Source: an uncultured Chloroflexia bacterium
GTDB lineage: Bacteria; Chloroflexota; Dehalococcoidia; Dehalococcoidales; RBG-16-60-22
Direction of reading: 5' to 3'
Assembly: GCA_963727315.1 (NCBI GenBank)
Contig: CAVSFE010000002.1
Span: 215,560 to 279,559, forward strand
DNA length: 64,000 nucleotides
Shown here: positions 49,977-60,648 of the stretch, piece after piece
Numbering within the stretch: position 1 is the stretch's first letter
Layout of the letters: each line of letters opens with the position of its first letter
Notes under the pieces: generated by a model
Told to the model about the DNA's origin: nothing
The model's database searches: none
Seen by the model: only the letters and a program-made list of their open reading frames with translations
Made by a program: the position numbers and the translations under genes

Positions 49977-50474
49977 ATGTACTACGCCGTGTTTGAGACT
50001 GCCGCGGGCTGGGTGGGGATACTGGGCTCAGCCAACGGTCTACGCCGCGCTACGCTACCGCAGCGGTCGGAACGGGCGGTATACGACCTCATGGGAGATG
50101 GCCTGAAAAACGCCACAGCATCATCACAGCGGTTCAGAGATCTCATCGACCGTTACCGGGCTTATTTTTCCGGGCACCGAGTGGAATTCCCGGATGAACT
50201 CGACCTTGATGGGGCGACGCCTTTTCAGCGCGCCGTGTGGCAGGCGACGCGGCAAATACCTTACGGCCAGACCCGTGGCTACGCCTGGGTGGCCGACCGG
50301 GCCGGTAATCCAAAAGCCGCGCGGGCGGCAGGACAGGCCCTGGCCAGAAATCCGCTCCCGGTTATCATTCCCTGTCACCGCGTGCTGGCGGGAGACGGCC
50401 AACTGGGGGGCTTTAGCGGTGGGCTTGCCATGAAGAAGTTCCTGCTGAAACTGGAAATACCATCTATAAGATAA
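49977..50474 (+). CDS. ogt: Methylated-DNA-protein-cysteine methyltransferase
   Basis: Active site IPCHRV. Helix-turn-helix region TPFQRAVWQATRQIPYGQTRGYAWVA. ATG directly follows the hpf stop. Confidence 0.9.
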   Translation: MYYAVFETAAGWVGILGSANGLRRATLPQRSERAVYDLMGDGLKNATASSQRFRDLIDRYRAYFSGHRVEFPDELDLDGATPFQRAVWQATRQIPYGQTRGYAWVADRAGNPKAARAAGQALARNPLPVIIPCHRVLAGDGQLGGFSGGLAMKKFLLKLEIPSIR

Positions 50475-50628
50475 CAGAGAGTGTTTTTATGACGTTGTTG
50501 AGAATCTCCTTATGCAGGTATTGATGATGCTGGCGGGATGCCCCGGACAAAATCATGTTCTTATGTCAAGTGTTTGAAGGATAATAACACAACTGGCACA
50601 ATTGACTTTATGGTAAACTCAGTCCGGG

Positions 50629-51663
50629 TTAAGTCTGGCCGACGGGTTTTGCCTGAAATTCGCACTGTAACTGTACGTTGTTGATAATGATATTAGCTAT
50701 CATGGGGTCGAACTGGGAGCCGCTGCACCACAGCAGCTCGTCGATAGCGTCCGCCGTTGTCAGGGCCCGACGGTAAGGGCGGTCGGAAATCATGGCGTGA
50801 TAGGCATCAGCCACGGCGACAATCCGTGCCCCCAGGGGTATGTCCTTGCCCCGGACGGTCTGCCCGAGGCCAGTGCCGTCGTAATGGTCATGGTGGTGCG
50901 AGATTATCTGCACCACGTTATCATTGACAAACGGCTTCACCAGCCGGGGACCGATGATGGCATGGGTCATGATGTGCCGGTACTCGCCGGGGGTCAACTC
51001 GCGGGGCTTGTTGAGAATGTCCGGGTCGACCGCTATCTTACCGACGTCGTGCAGAAGGGCGGCCCAGCGCAGGTCTTCCATTTCCCCCGGGGAAAGGTTA
51101 AGCTGTTTGCCGATAGTCAGGGACAGCCCGGCGACCGCCTGGGAGTGGCCCTTGGTATAGCTGTCCAGGGACTCCAGGGTGTTGACCAGGTTCTCGATAG
51201 CCCCGACGAAGAGCTTCCGGGGTTCCACCGCCTGCCGGGAGGCTTTCTTACCCATGTCCCGCAGATATCGCTGGATCTCCAGCTCCACCCTGCGTTTGTC
51301 GAGGCTGCCGCTGACGCTCTGCAAGACCTGCTCGAACCGGAACGGTTTGTTAATGAAGTCCTGAGCGCCTTCCTTGATGCACTGCGCCACGATCAGCGGA
51401 TCGGTGATACCACTGGCCATAATGACGGCCGTCTCCGGGAAACGGTTGACGATGTCCGGCAGCACGTCACTGCCCGATCTGCCCGGCATATTGATATCCA
51501 TGATGACCAGGTCGGAGGGACTTTTTTCCAGCTTTTTGAGCGCCTGGTCGCCATCCTGGGCCTCATCGCAGGTATAGCCGCGCATGGCCAGGCCTTTATT
51601 CAGGATGCATCTGATGGCTTCCTCGTCATCAACCAGGAGTATCTTTTCCTTCGGTTCCGTCAT
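50629..51663 (-). CDS. Response regulator with HD-GYP phosphodiesterase output domain
   Basis: Receiver domain (ILLVDDEE, VIMDINMPG, KPF). HD-GYP domain (HSQAVA, LLHDVGK, HHHDHYDGTGLGQ…GKDIPLGARIVAVADAYHAM). Confidence 0.85.
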   Translation of the reverse strand: MTEPKEKILLVDDEEAIRCILNKGLAMRGYTCDEAQDGDQALKKLEKSPSDLVIMDINMPGRSGSDVLPDIVNRFPETAVIMASGITDPLIVAQCIKEGAQDFINKPFRFEQVLQSVSGSLDKRRVELEIQRYLRDMGKKASRQAVEPRKLFVGAIENLVNTLESLDSYTKGHSQAVAGLSLTIGKQLNLSPGEMEDLRWAALLHDVGKIAVDPDILNKPRELTPGEYRHIMTHAIIGPRLVKPFVNDNVVQIISHHHDHYDGTGLGQTVRGKDIPLGARIVAVADAYHAMISDRPYRRALTTADAIDELLWCSGSQFDPMIANIIINNVQLQCEFQAKPVGQT

Positions 51664-51794
51664 TCTCGCTCCTTCCGACCTTTGGGCCATTTGTATTCAT
51701 TTTATGAGGCAGGAGCTAAACAAGACGTAAATTATCCACGTGGCGAATAAACAATTAGTAAAAATTATCGAGCCTGACCACCTAGAGAAAATAG

Positions 51795-51829
51795 GGAAAT
51801 AAAAGAGCCCCGATTGTATCGGGGCTCTT
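51795..51829 (-). terminator. Rho-independent terminator after thpR
   Basis: Perfect 12-bp stem AAGAGCCCCGAT/ATCGGGGCTCTT (51803-51829) with a 3-nt loop. On the minus strand it is followed by TTTTATTT. Confidence 0.75.
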
Positions 51830-51885
51830 AATACCCTGGTGACAAGCGATAAGAGGTGAGGTCAGTAGAAAAATAGGATAGAAAT

Positions 51886-52464
51886 CTATTTCAGAATTAC
51901 GGAGCTTATTTGCGTATATATCGGGCCGCTTCTCGTTAGCTGGCTTCTCATGAGATGGACAGTATTTACGTTGACACTGCCGCCGCCTTCTATGGCGGTG
52001 CCGGCAACCAGCCGCCCCAGCGCCTCTCTTTCGTCCGGTCCGGCCTGTTCGCGGACCCTGGCCAGCGTAAGATGAGGCGTGAAAGGCCGCAGCTCCGCCT
52101 TAAATCCCAGCGGCGCCAGGCCGTCGTCAAGGCGTTTTTGGAGCTGGCCGAGCTTTTCGGTCTCTCCGGTCAGCCCCACCCAGACCACCCGGACCCGCCT
52201 CGCGTTGGGAAAAACACCGAGTCCGCCGATTTCCAGGGAGAACGGACGTATCCCGCGGCTGGCTTCTTCCAGCACCGCGGTTATCCTGCCGGTCAGCTCG
52301 GTGTTTATATTGCCGAGAAACTTAAGCGTCAGGTGCACGCTTTCCGGGTCGACCCACTTTACCGGCGCACGGCTGCCCGATTTCAGCCGGTTTTGTAGCC
52401 GGGCAAGCGTTAATTTCATCTCCGGCGGCAACTCAATAGCGATAAACGAACGTATCTCTTCCAT
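51886..52464 (-). CDS. thpR: RNA 2',3'-cyclic phosphodiesterase (2H phosphoesterase, LigT/ThpR)
   Basis: Two HxT/S motifs: VHLTLKFLG and PHLTLARV. Confidence 0.85.
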   Translation of the reverse strand: MEEIRSFIAIELPPEMKLTLARLQNRLKSGSRAPVKWVDPESVHLTLKFLGNINTELTGRITAVLEEASRGIRPFSLEIGGLGVFPNARRVRVVWVGLTGETEKLGQLQKRLDDGLAPLGFKAELRPFTPHLTLARVREQAGPDEREALGRLVAGTAIEGGGSVNVNTVHLMRSQLTRSGPIYTQISSVILK

Positions 52465-52466
52465 AT

Positions 52467-53306
52467 TTATATACCGAGGAGCCGCCGCGCATTGCCGGAT
52501 AATATCATGGCGCGTTCTTCATCAGAGAGTTCCACGTTATAGAATTCCTTGAGCAGGCGCGATGGCGCCATCGCCGGGTAGTCGCTCCCGAAGAGAATGC
52601 GGTCGGCCCCGGCTAAATCTCTGACGTACCGGTAAATCTCGGGCCGGTAAAGGAACGGGGATACGGCTGTATCGAAGTAGACATTCTCCAGCGCCTGCCG
52701 CACCTCGGGCATGAGGGTATAGAACGGCAGGCCGCCACCCCAGTGCGCGCAGACTACAGGCACGCCGCTGAAACTGGCGATAAATTTCTCGAGTTTTTCC
52801 GGGGTGGCTGTCCCCTTGCCGCGGTAATGATGGCCGACCGGGTCGGAGGAATGCGTCAATAGAATCAGCTTATGTTTAAGCAGCAGTTGTGCCAAAGGCG
52901 CCAGCATTTCCTGGCTGACCGCCCCGGGCAGTTGTGCGTCCGGGCGGAGCTCGCCCACGCCCTTAATCCCCCCGCTCACGCAGCGCTCTATCTCGATGAG
53001 GGATTCATTATCGTGGTAGTTGGCGACAGCGCAAAAACCGACCAGTCTTTTCGGATAGCGGGCGATGGACTCCAGGATATAGTCGTTGGTCTCTACGCAG
53101 AAATCGTGGGTGCTCCAGCCGTAGTTGACGATGACGGAGATATCGATACCCTCGCGGTCCATGCTGGCGATGAGGTCGTCGGCCGTGGCGATGGCGGCTT
53201 TTTCAGTCGAGTAGATCTCGGCAAAGGCGGCGTCTCTTTCCACATAGCGACTGCGGTTGTTTTTTACCCGTGGCGGCAGCGCATGCGTGTGGAAATCGAT
53301 TATCAT
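52467..53306 (-). CDS. Amidohydrolase-family metal-dependent hydrolase
   Basis: Starts MIIDFHTHALPP (HxH metal site), with a TIM-barrel hydrolase pattern including HWGGG and FGSDYP. The longer ORF to 53441 is translation of the L25 tail region. Confidence 0.8.
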   Translation of the reverse strand: MIIDFHTHALPPRVKNNRSRYVERDAAFAEIYSTEKAAIATADDLIASMDREGIDISVIVNYGWSTHDFCVETNDYILESIARYPKRLVGFCAVANYHDNESLIEIERCVSGGIKGVGELRPDAQLPGAVSQEMLAPLAQLLLKHKLILLTHSSDPVGHHYRGKGTATPEKLEKFIASFSGVPVVCAHWGGGLPFYTLMPEVRQALENVYFDTAVSPFLYRPEIYRYVRDLAGADRILFGSDYPAMAPSRLLKEFYNVELSDEERAMILSGNARRLLGI

Positions 53307-53346
53307 TATCGCACCACATGGCCGTGGTAGAGTCGGCGGAGAAAAG

Positions 53347-54051
53347 CTATTCTTTCTTTTCGGGCTTTTCAGGCTTTTCGGCTTTGGCTCCGGCCGCTTC
53401 AGCGGCCGGCTTTTCCGCGGCGCCCTCGGCCTCTTCTTCACCCTCGGCGACGACCTCTTCCGCGACGACCGGTTTCTCTTCCTCGACCTTAATTATGACT
53501 TCCGTGACCTTGACGACCAGCTGTTCGGGGTCGGCATGGACGGTGATTTCCGGGTCGAGGACGATATCCTTGACATGAAGAGCCTGTTCCAGCTCGGTTA
53601 GTGGACTTATGTCAACTTCTATCTGCGGCGGCACCTTTTCCGGCAGACATTCGATGCTCAAAATGGTAATACCGCGGGAAAGCAGGCGCCCTTTGCCCTT
53701 CATCGCCGGGGCCTCGCCTACCAGGACGATGGGCACGTCCATCGTCATCTTTTCGCCCTTCCTCACCTGGTAGAAATCGACGTGGAGCAGGTTTTTGCCC
53801 AGGACGTCCCTCTGGATTTCCCTGACGAAAACGTTTTTAGGCCCTTTATCGCCGTCGATTTTAAGGCTGACGAGGCGCGTCGTGCCGGCGCGGGCGACGA
53901 TTTTCTTCAGTTCGGCGGTATCGCATTGCAGAGATAACGATTCCAGGCTATGACCGAAGAGATGGGCCGGCGTGAGTCCCCGGCGGCGTAAAAACCGGTT
54001 CCTCTTCCCGAGCACATCCCTTTTAGCGGCCGTTATTTTCAGTTCTTCCAT
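53347..54051 (-). CDS. rplY: 50S ribosomal protein L25 / general stress protein Ctc
   Basis: 234 aa. LKITAAKRDVLGKRNRFLRRRGLTPAHLFG, two-domain Ctc form with an acidic Ala/Glu/Lys tail. Confidence 0.9.
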   Translation of the reverse strand: MEELKITAAKRDVLGKRNRFLRRRGLTPAHLFGHSLESLSLQCDTAELKKIVARAGTTRLVSLKIDGDKGPKNVFVREIQRDVLGKNLLHVDFYQVRKGEKMTMDVPIVLVGEAPAMKGKGRLLSRGITILSIECLPEKVPPQIEVDISPLTELEQALHVKDIVLDPEITVHADPEQLVVKVTEVIIKVEEEKPVVAEEVVAEGEEEAEGAAEKPAAEAAGAKAEKPEKPEKKE

Positions 54052-54230
54052 TTTTCCCCTTTCAACCTTTCAATTTAACCATAATTCACGAGAAAAATCA
54101 ATTTAAACGAGCTGGCCACAGCTTGCGCGCCTCATGGACAGTATCGTACTGCGTATTATATAATTAAACCATCACCAGAAACCCCGACGGATAATATAAA
54201 CCGCGGTGGGGTTTGAAAGACAGGTTTTTT

Positions 54231-55051
54231 ATGTCAGGTGATGTAACTTTTGCTTTTCTCTTGACCCTGCTTGCCGGGTTGTCCACCGGCATCGGCAGCG
54301 CTATCGCCTATTTCATGCGCAAGCCCGGGTCTACCAGCATGTCGCTGATTCTCGGCTTTTCCGCCGGCGTCATGCTCTATATCTCCTTCGCCGAGTTGCT
54401 TCATCAATCGTTTGATAAAGTCGGTTTCGCTACCGGCAACATCGGCTTTTTCATCGGCATTGCCTTCATCGCCGTGCTGGATATCCTCATCCCCCACGAG
54501 TACAAGCAGGAGCATATCGACGAACCGCCCGGCGCCGCCGTCAGCGCTGACGAATTTCCCCGCTCGGTATCGACTACGGACAAAGGGACAGGCGCTCGCA
54601 CCTCATGCACGCCGGCATGCTCACGGCTATCGGCATCGCTATTCACAACTTCCCTGAAGGGCTGGCCGTCTTCAGCAGCGGCATTACCGGCGACCGCACT
54701 TTCGGCTTCCTCGTGGCCATCGCCATCGCCCTCCATAATATCCCGGAAGGCATCAGCGTATCGATACCTATCTGGGAAGCGACCGGCTCCCGCAACCGGG
54801 CTTTTCTCTATTCCTTTGCCGCCGGCCTGGCCGAGCCCATCGGCGCCGCTATCGGTTATGCCTTCCTCTTCAATTTTCTCACGCCCACCGTGATATATTC
54901 GCTGCTGGCCTTCGCCGCCGGCATCATGGTCTATATCAGCCTCGACGAGCTCCTGCCTACTGCCCACCTCTACGGCAAAGAGCACCTGGTAATCATCGGG
55001 GTCATCGCCGGTATGGTTATCATGGCCCTCAGCATCTACTTCATTCGCTAG
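54231..55051 (+). pseudogene. zupT: ZIP-family zinc transporter ZupT, one frame break as assembled
   Basis: The N-terminal part is …GFSAGVMLYISFAELL…IPHE. The C-terminal part is GIAIHNFPEGLAVF…AIALHNIPEGISV…AGIMVYISLDELLP, in another frame. The break lies between 54551 and 54600. Confidence 0.8.
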
Positions 55052-55094
55052 GACAACCGCTTCTGACGTGATATAATCTATCGGGGTTTAGACC

Positions 55095-56492
55095 TTGTTC
55101 AAGAAAATTTTAATCGCCAACCGCGGCGAAATCGCCGTGAGAATCATCCGGACCTGCTATGAGATGGGGATACGCACGGTCGCGGTCTATTCGGATATCG
55201 ACGCCGATTCCCTCCACGTAAAGCTCGCCGACGAAGCGTATAGCATCGGCCCGGCGGAAACGGAGCAAAGCTACCTCAACGCCGGGAAGATTCTGGAAGT
55301 GGCCCGGAAGAGCCGCGCCGAAGCCCTGCACCCTGGCTACGGCTTTCTGGCGGAAAACCCCGAATTTGTGCAGATGTGCGAGCAAAACGGTCTCACTTTT
55401 ATAGGCCCGCCCAGCCAGTCCATGTACCAGGTCAAACCTAAACATGCCGCCCGCAATCTGATGAATCTCCTCAATATACCCGTCATCCCGGGCCACGACC
55501 ATATTTTGCTGGACTCGACCACCGAGGGATTCCGGCAGGTCCAGCAAGTAGCCGAAAAACTGGGGTACCCGGTCATCGTCAAGCCTTCGGGTGGCGGCGG
55601 CGGCATCGGCATGTCGATTGCCCGCAACCCGGAAGAGCTGGGGAAGGCGGTGCGCTACGTGGAAGAAAGAGGCCGCAAGCTCTTCGGCATCTCTTCTTTC
55701 TACGTCGAAAAGTATCTCCCGAGTATCAAGCACATCGAGTTCCAGGTGCTGGCCGATAAATACGGGAATGTCATTCACCTTGGCGAGCGCGATTGTTCTA
55801 TTCAACGTCGGTTTCAGAAGCTGATAGAAGAGGCCCCTTGCTCGATATTATCGCCGCATCTCAGGATGAAAATGGGCGCGGCCGCTCTGGATATCGCCCT
55901 GGCCATGAAGTATGTCAATGCCATGACCGTCGAGTTCTTTTATATTCCGGAAACGCAGGAGTTCTATTTCAACGAGGTAAACACGAGATTGCAGGTGGAG
56001 CACTGTGTCACCGAGCTCGTCACCGACGTGGACATCGTCAAAGAGCAGATTAGAATCGCCGCCGGTGAGCAGCTGGCTTATACTCAGGATGATATCCATC
56101 GCAACGGCTGGGCGATACAATGCCGCATTACCGCCGAAGACGTCGCGCGCAACTTCCTGCCCTCCCCCGGTAAAATAACCGGTATGCACCTGCCGCACGG
56201 CCTGGGACTGAGGATAGACGAGGGAATCTACGAAGGTTACACTGTCCCGTTTTACTACGACCCGCTGCTCCTCAAGCTCATGGCGTGGGGCAAGACCAGA
56301 GAAGAGGCCATTTTACGCATGAAGCGGGCCCTGAATGAAATGAAAATCGAGGGAATCGATACCAATCTCCTGTTTCACCGTATCACGATGGACGACCCGT
56401 TGTTCAACAGCGGCAGGTATACGACGAATTTCGTGGAAAAACAGCAGATTGTCCGCAAAGTGCGCGAGCTCTCCCGGAAAACCAAGGAATAA
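55095..56492 (+). CDS. accC: Biotin carboxylase (acetyl-CoA/pyruvate carboxylase subunit)
   Basis: 465 aa, TTG start. KILIANRGEIAVRIIRTC, ATP-grasp GGGGIGM, ERDCSIQRRFQKLIEEAP, NTRLQVEHCVTE. No BCCP or carboxyltransferase gene in the window. Confidence 0.9.
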   Translation: MFKKILIANRGEIAVRIIRTCYEMGIRTVAVYSDIDADSLHVKLADEAYSIGPAETEQSYLNAGKILEVARKSRAEALHPGYGFLAENPEFVQMCEQNGLTFIGPPSQSMYQVKPKHAARNLMNLLNIPVIPGHDHILLDSTTEGFRQVQQVAEKLGYPVIVKPSGGGGGIGMSIARNPEELGKAVRYVEERGRKLFGISSFYVEKYLPSIKHIEFQVLADKYGNVIHLGERDCSIQRRFQKLIEEAPCSILSPHLRMKMGAAALDIALAMKYVNAMTVEFFYIPETQEFYFNEVNTRLQVEHCVTELVTDVDIVKEQIRIAAGEQLAYTQDDIHRNGWAIQCRITAEDVARNFLPSPGKITGMHLPHGLGLRIDEGIYEGYTVPFYYDPLLLKLMAWGKTREEAILRMKRALNEMKIEGIDTNLLFHRITMDDPLFNSGRYTTNFVEKQQIVRKVRELSRKTKE

Positions 56493-56494
56493 AA

Positions 56495-57334
56495 ATGGCA
56501 GATAGCGCCAAAGCCGGGGTTTTTTCTTCCAGCGAAGACCTGAAAACGGTCGCCAGGAGGCTGCGCCGCGACATCGTCACGATGATAGGCAAAGCCGGCA
56601 GCGGGCATCCCGGCGGCTCTCTTTCCGCCGTGGAGATAGTCACCGCGCTTTACTGGAGGGTATTGCGGCATAGGCCGTCCGAACCGCAGTGGCCGGACAG
56701 GGACAGGTTCATCCTGAGCAAGGGGCACGCCGCCCCCGTCCTCTACGCCGTCCTGGCGGAGTGCGGCTATTTCCCCCTTGCCGAGCTGGCGACGCTGCGC
56801 CAGCTCGACAGCCATTTGCAGGGACACGCCGACCGCAACGCTACTCATGGCGTCGAAATGTCCTCGGGGAGCCTGGGGCAGGGGCTTTCTTTCGCCATCG
56901 GCTGCGCCCTGGCGGGACGACTCGATAAAAAAACGTGGCGCGTCTATGCCCTGCTGAGCGACGGCGAGTGCGACGAGGGCCAGACCTGGGAGGCGGCGAT
57001 GTCCGCCCCGAAATTCAAGCTGGACAACCTGACCGCTATCGTGGACAACAACGGCATCCAGTTGAGCGGCTTTAATAAAGACATCATGAACCTCGACCCG
57101 CTGAACAAGAAATGGGACGCCTTCGGCTGGCAGGTCTTCGAGGTTGACGGCCACGACTTTTCCCAGATTCTGGATGGCATCGGCAAAGCTCAAAAGGTCA
57201 AAGGGAAACCCGCCGTCATCATCGCCCATACCGTCAAGGGCAAGGGGGTCAGCTTTATGGAAAACAACGTCGATTTCCACGGCAAAGCCCCGAATGCCGA
57301 GCAGCTGGAAAAAGCCCTGAAGGAGCTGGCGTAA
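56495..57334 (+). CDS. Transketolase, N-terminal (TPP-binding) subunit
   Basis: 279 aa. SGHPGGSLS, DRFILSKGHAAPVLYA, GSLGQGLS, LSDGECDEGQ. Confidence 0.9.
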   Translation: MADSAKAGVFSSSEDLKTVARRLRRDIVTMIGKAGSGHPGGSLSAVEIVTALYWRVLRHRPSEPQWPDRDRFILSKGHAAPVLYAVLAECGYFPLAELATLRQLDSHLQGHADRNATHGVEMSSGSLGQGLSFAIGCALAGRLDKKTWRVYALLSDGECDEGQTWEAAMSAPKFKLDNLTAIVDNNGIQLSGFNKDIMNLDPLNKKWDAFGWQVFEVDGHDFSQILDGIGKAQKVKGKPAVIIAHTVKGKGVSFMENNVDFHGKAPNAEQLEKALKELA

Positions 57335-57335
57335 C

Positions 57336-58278
57336 GTGGCTGAAGAGATTGCCCCGAGGGAAGTCTACGGCAAAACGCTGGTGGAACTGGGCCGGGAAAA
57401 TCCCGGATATCGTGGTGCTGGACGCCGACCTCAAGCCTTCGACGATGACCTATTATTTCGAAAAGGAGTTCCCCGAACGTTTCTTCGAGGTCGGCATCGC
57501 CGAGCAGAACATGATCGGGATTGCCTGCGGGCTGGCGGCTTCGGGCAAGATACCGTTCGCGAGCACCTTCGCCGTCTTTGCTCCGGGGCGCTGCTTCGAC
57601 CAGATTCGTGTTTCGGTGGCCCAGGCGAAGCTCAACGTGAAAATAGTGGTCACCCATGCCGGCCTGACCGTCGGCGAGGACGGCGCTTCCCACCAGGCTC
57701 TGGAAGACCTGGCGCTTATCTGCTCCCTGCCCGGCTTTACCGTTATCGTCCCGGCGGACGCCGTCGAGACCGCCCAGGCCATCAGGGCCGTGGCCGCGCA
57801 TAACGGCCCCTGCTACGTCAGACTGTGCCGACCCAAGCTGCCAGTTATTTATGACAATAACTACAAATTTCAAATCGGCCAAGCGGTGGAAATGAGGCCG
57901 GGCAGCGATGCCACGATAATAGCTATCGGCGTCATGGTGTCGCCGGCGCTGGAAGCCGCGAATCAGCTGGCGCAGGAACGCATTAATTGCCGGGTCATTA
58001 ATATGTCCACGTTAAAGCCGATAGACGAAACGGCTATCGTCAAAGCCGCCCGTGAGACCGGCGCTATCGTTACCGCCGAGGAGCACCAGGAGCACGGCGG
58101 ACTTGGCAGTATCGTGGCGCGGATTACCGCCAGGTGTTGTCCGGTGCCCATGGAGTTCGTCGCGGTTAAAGACGTTTTCGGGCAGTCCGGCAAGCCGGCG
58201 GAGCTCCTGGAAAGGTACGGGCTGACTTCCAAAGATATAGTCGCCGCCGTGCGTGAGGCGATAAAGAGAAAGGGCTAG
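57336..58278 (+). pseudogene. Transketolase, C-terminal (pyrimidine-binding) subunit, one frame break near the 5-prime end as assembled
   Basis: A GTG start 1 nt after the previous stop gives MAEEIAPREVYGKTLVELGRENP. After one extra base near 57398 it continues DIVVLDADL…FFEVGIAEQNMIGIA…HAGLTVGEDGASHQ. Confidence 0.85.
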
Positions 58279-58757
58279 TCCAGGCAGGTTATCTGCGCCG
58301 AAGGCCTGTCTTTGATATCAACCTTGATACCGGCCTCTTTGAATATCGCGATAAAGCTGTCGTCGCTGTACTTCCCGAAGGTGACAAAGCGTGAAATCCT
58401 GGCGTTGACCAGCATCTTGGCGCAGAGCACGCAGGGCGTGTGGGTGCAGTAGACGGTGCTCCCCTCCAGACTGACCCCGTGAAGTCCCGCCTGGATAATC
58501 ACATTCTGCTCGGCATGGATGGCGCGGCATATCTCGTGCCTGGTCCCGGACGGTATACCAAGCTCGTCGCGGAGACAGCCGAGCTCCAGGCAGTCTTTGG
58601 CCCCCGCCGGCGCACCGTTATAGCCGGTCGTCAGGATGTGCTTGTCCCTCACCGCGATAGCGCCGATGTGATGTCGGCGGCAGGTGGAACGCTCGGCGAC
58701 TACCGAGGCTATCTTCAGAAAATATTCGTCGATTTCCGGGCGCTTTAATAAGGTCAT
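58275..58757 (-). CDS. Deoxycytidylate (dCMP) deaminase
   Basis: HAEQNVI and the zinc site CTHTPCVLCAKML. 160 aa. Confidence 0.9.
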   Translation of the reverse strand: MTLLKRPEIDEYFLKIASVVAERSTCRRHHIGAIAVRDKHILTTGYNGAPAGAKDCLELGCLRDELGIPSGTRHEICRAIHAEQNVIIQAGLHGVSLEGSTVYCTHTPCVLCAKMLVNARISRFVTFGKYSDDSFIAIFKEAGIKVDIKDRPSAQITCLD

Positions 58758-59296
58758 TTTATTTTAGCGATAACCTTTTCCACTTGGTTCTTCAAGTCGT
58801 TAATCGAACTATCGTTCAGAATGGTAAAATCGGCCATGGCTATCGGCCCGCCCTTATTGAGGTTCTCGATTTCGGAGCGGTCACGGCTGGCGGCTTGCGG
58901 CGGCGTTAGCGGCCTGATTTGGCGACCTCTGAGCCGGGGGTACCTTGTGGGCGCCGGCGCCCATACCGCCACGACGATAAACCTGTCCCCGTAATAGTCC
59001 TTAAGAAAAGTGTATTCCTCCCAGGAGTAAAGCCCGTCCACCACGACATTGGCGTTCTTCAGGGCGGCATCGATGCGGGGCACGCTTAGCTTTGCATAGG
59101 CGGCCATGCCGTGCTCTTTCCTGATGCTCTCCCGAATGGGACGCTCGTTCTCCTCACTGAGAGGTAGGCCCTGCTTTTTAATCGCCTCGTCGGTAATCTC
59201 GCCGAACCTGACGACGGCAAAGCCTTTGTCCTTGAAAACCCTGGCCACCTCCGACTTCCCGGAGCCCACCATCCCGACAATCGCGACGATTTTCAT
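58754..59296 (-). CDS. P-loop nucleoside/nucleotide kinase-like protein (adenylate/dephospho-CoA kinase-like, UPF0200-type)
   Basis: Walker A GMVGSGKSE at the N-terminus. 180 aa. A 4-nt overlap links it to the dCMP deaminase gene. Confidence 0.6.
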   Translation of the reverse strand: MKIVAIVGMVGSGKSEVARVFKDKGFAVVRFGEITDEAIKKQGLPLSEENERPIRESIRKEHGMAAYAKLSVPRIDAALKNANVVVDGLYSWEEYTFLKDYYGDRFIVVAVWAPAPTRYPRLRGRQIRPLTPPQAASRDRSEIENLNKGGPIAMADFTILNDSSINDLKNQVEKVIAKIK

Positions 59297-59372
59297 ACGG
59301 TCTTATTATAATGGGTCGACACAGGAAATAACAACGTTAAGGGGCTGGACGGGCTGTGTTATAATATGTAAA

Positions 59373-60632
59373 ATGCCGGATAAAATCAATCTGGCGGGAA
59401 GCATCAGGGAGCGGCTGCCCCGGGACTTAATCGATTTCATCAGGCAGGCCGGCGAGGCGGCCGAGCGCGACCAGCAGCGCCTGTACCTGGTCGGCGGGGT
59501 AGTCCGCGACCTGCTCCTGGAGTGCCGCAACCTCGACCTCGACCTGGTCGTCGAGGGTGACGCCATCAAGCTGGCGCAGGAGATAGCCGGGGGCAGGTCG
59601 GCGAAAGTGACTGCCCATCCCCGTTTCGGCACCGCCACGCTTCGCTGGTCTAACCGCAGCATCGATTTCGCCACCGCTCGAGCCGAGACCTACGCCAGGC
59701 CCGGGGCGCTGCCTGCGGTAAGGCCCGGGACGATTAAAGATGACCTTTCCCGGCGCGACTTCACCATCAACGCCATGGCCGTCGAGCTCAATCCGCGCCG
59801 CTTCGGCGACCTCGTCGACCCGCACGGGGGCAGGCAGGACATCGATAAAAAGCTGGTGCGGGTGTTGCACGACAGGAGCTTCGTCGACGATGCCACCCGC
59901 GTCTGGCGCGCCCTGCGTTACGAGCAGCGCCTGGACTTCCATCTGGAACAAACGACCCTGAAGCTGCTGAAACGGGGCACCGTCTATCTGGATACCGTCA
60001 GCGGCGACCGCATCCGCCACGAGCTCGAGCGCGTCTTAAAGGAAGAGCGGCCGGAGAAGGTCCTGCGCCGCGCCGATGAACTGGGGGCGCTCGCCAGGAT
60101 GCACCCCTCGCTGAAATGCGACGACTGGCTCATGGAGACTTTCACCCTGGCCCGCGAGCGCACCCTGCCTGAGACATTCCCTCCCCCCGAGCTTTACCTG
60201 GCGCTGCTGTGCTACCGGCTGTCCCCCGAAGAGAACGAAAGGCTGATTTCCTGCCTGCGCCTGCCTAAAACCTCGGCGCAGACCCTGAGAGAGACACTGG
60301 CGCTTAAAGCGAGAATCAGCGAGCTTTCCGCCCAAGGCCTGCCGCCGGGCCAGATTTACGGGCTTGTCCACGACTTCGGCATGACCGCGCTCACGGCCGC
60401 CTCGCTGGCGGCCGGCTCCGCCACCGCCGCTGAGCACATCGAGCTCTATATTAACGTCCTGAGGCACGTCAACCCCGCCCTCGGCGGAGACGACCTTAAA
60501 AAAATGGGCGTGCCGGCGGGGCCGAAGATTAAAGAGATATTGCAGAAGCTCCGCGAGGCTCGCCTCGATGGCAAGGTGGCCAGTAGAAAAGAAGAAGAAG
60601 AGATGGTGAGGCAATTAGCGGTTAGCGATTAG
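59373..60632 (+). CDS. cca: CCA-adding enzyme / poly(A) polymerase-family tRNA nucleotidyltransferase
   Basis: LYLVGGVVRDLLL…DLDLVVEGDA (nucleotidyltransferase head), RDFTINAMA. The ATG at 59373 is in frame within a longer spurious ORF. Confidence 0.85.
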   Translation: MPDKINLAGSIRERLPRDLIDFIRQAGEAAERDQQRLYLVGGVVRDLLLECRNLDLDLVVEGDAIKLAQEIAGGRSAKVTAHPRFGTATLRWSNRSIDFATARAETYARPGALPAVRPGTIKDDLSRRDFTINAMAVELNPRRFGDLVDPHGGRQDIDKKLVRVLHDRSFVDDATRVWRALRYEQRLDFHLEQTTLKLLKRGTVYLDTVSGDRIRHELERVLKEERPEKVLRRADELGALARMHPSLKCDDWLMETFTLARERTLPETFPPPELYLALLCYRLSPEENERLISCLRLPKTSAQTLRETLALKARISELSAQGLPPGQIYGLVHDFGMTALTAASLAAGSATAAEHIELYINVLRHVNPALGGDDLKKMGVPAGPKIKEILQKLREARLDGKVASRKEEEEMVRQLAVSD

Positions 60633-60648
60633 CATCCACCGATAATCC

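Noticed and set aside
55095-56492. Orphan biotin carboxylase as part of a novel carboxylase system with the adjacent split transketolase.
   Set aside because: accC genes are often unlinked from accB and the carboxyltransferase genes. Adjacency to tkt with separate starts is not evidence of functional coupling.
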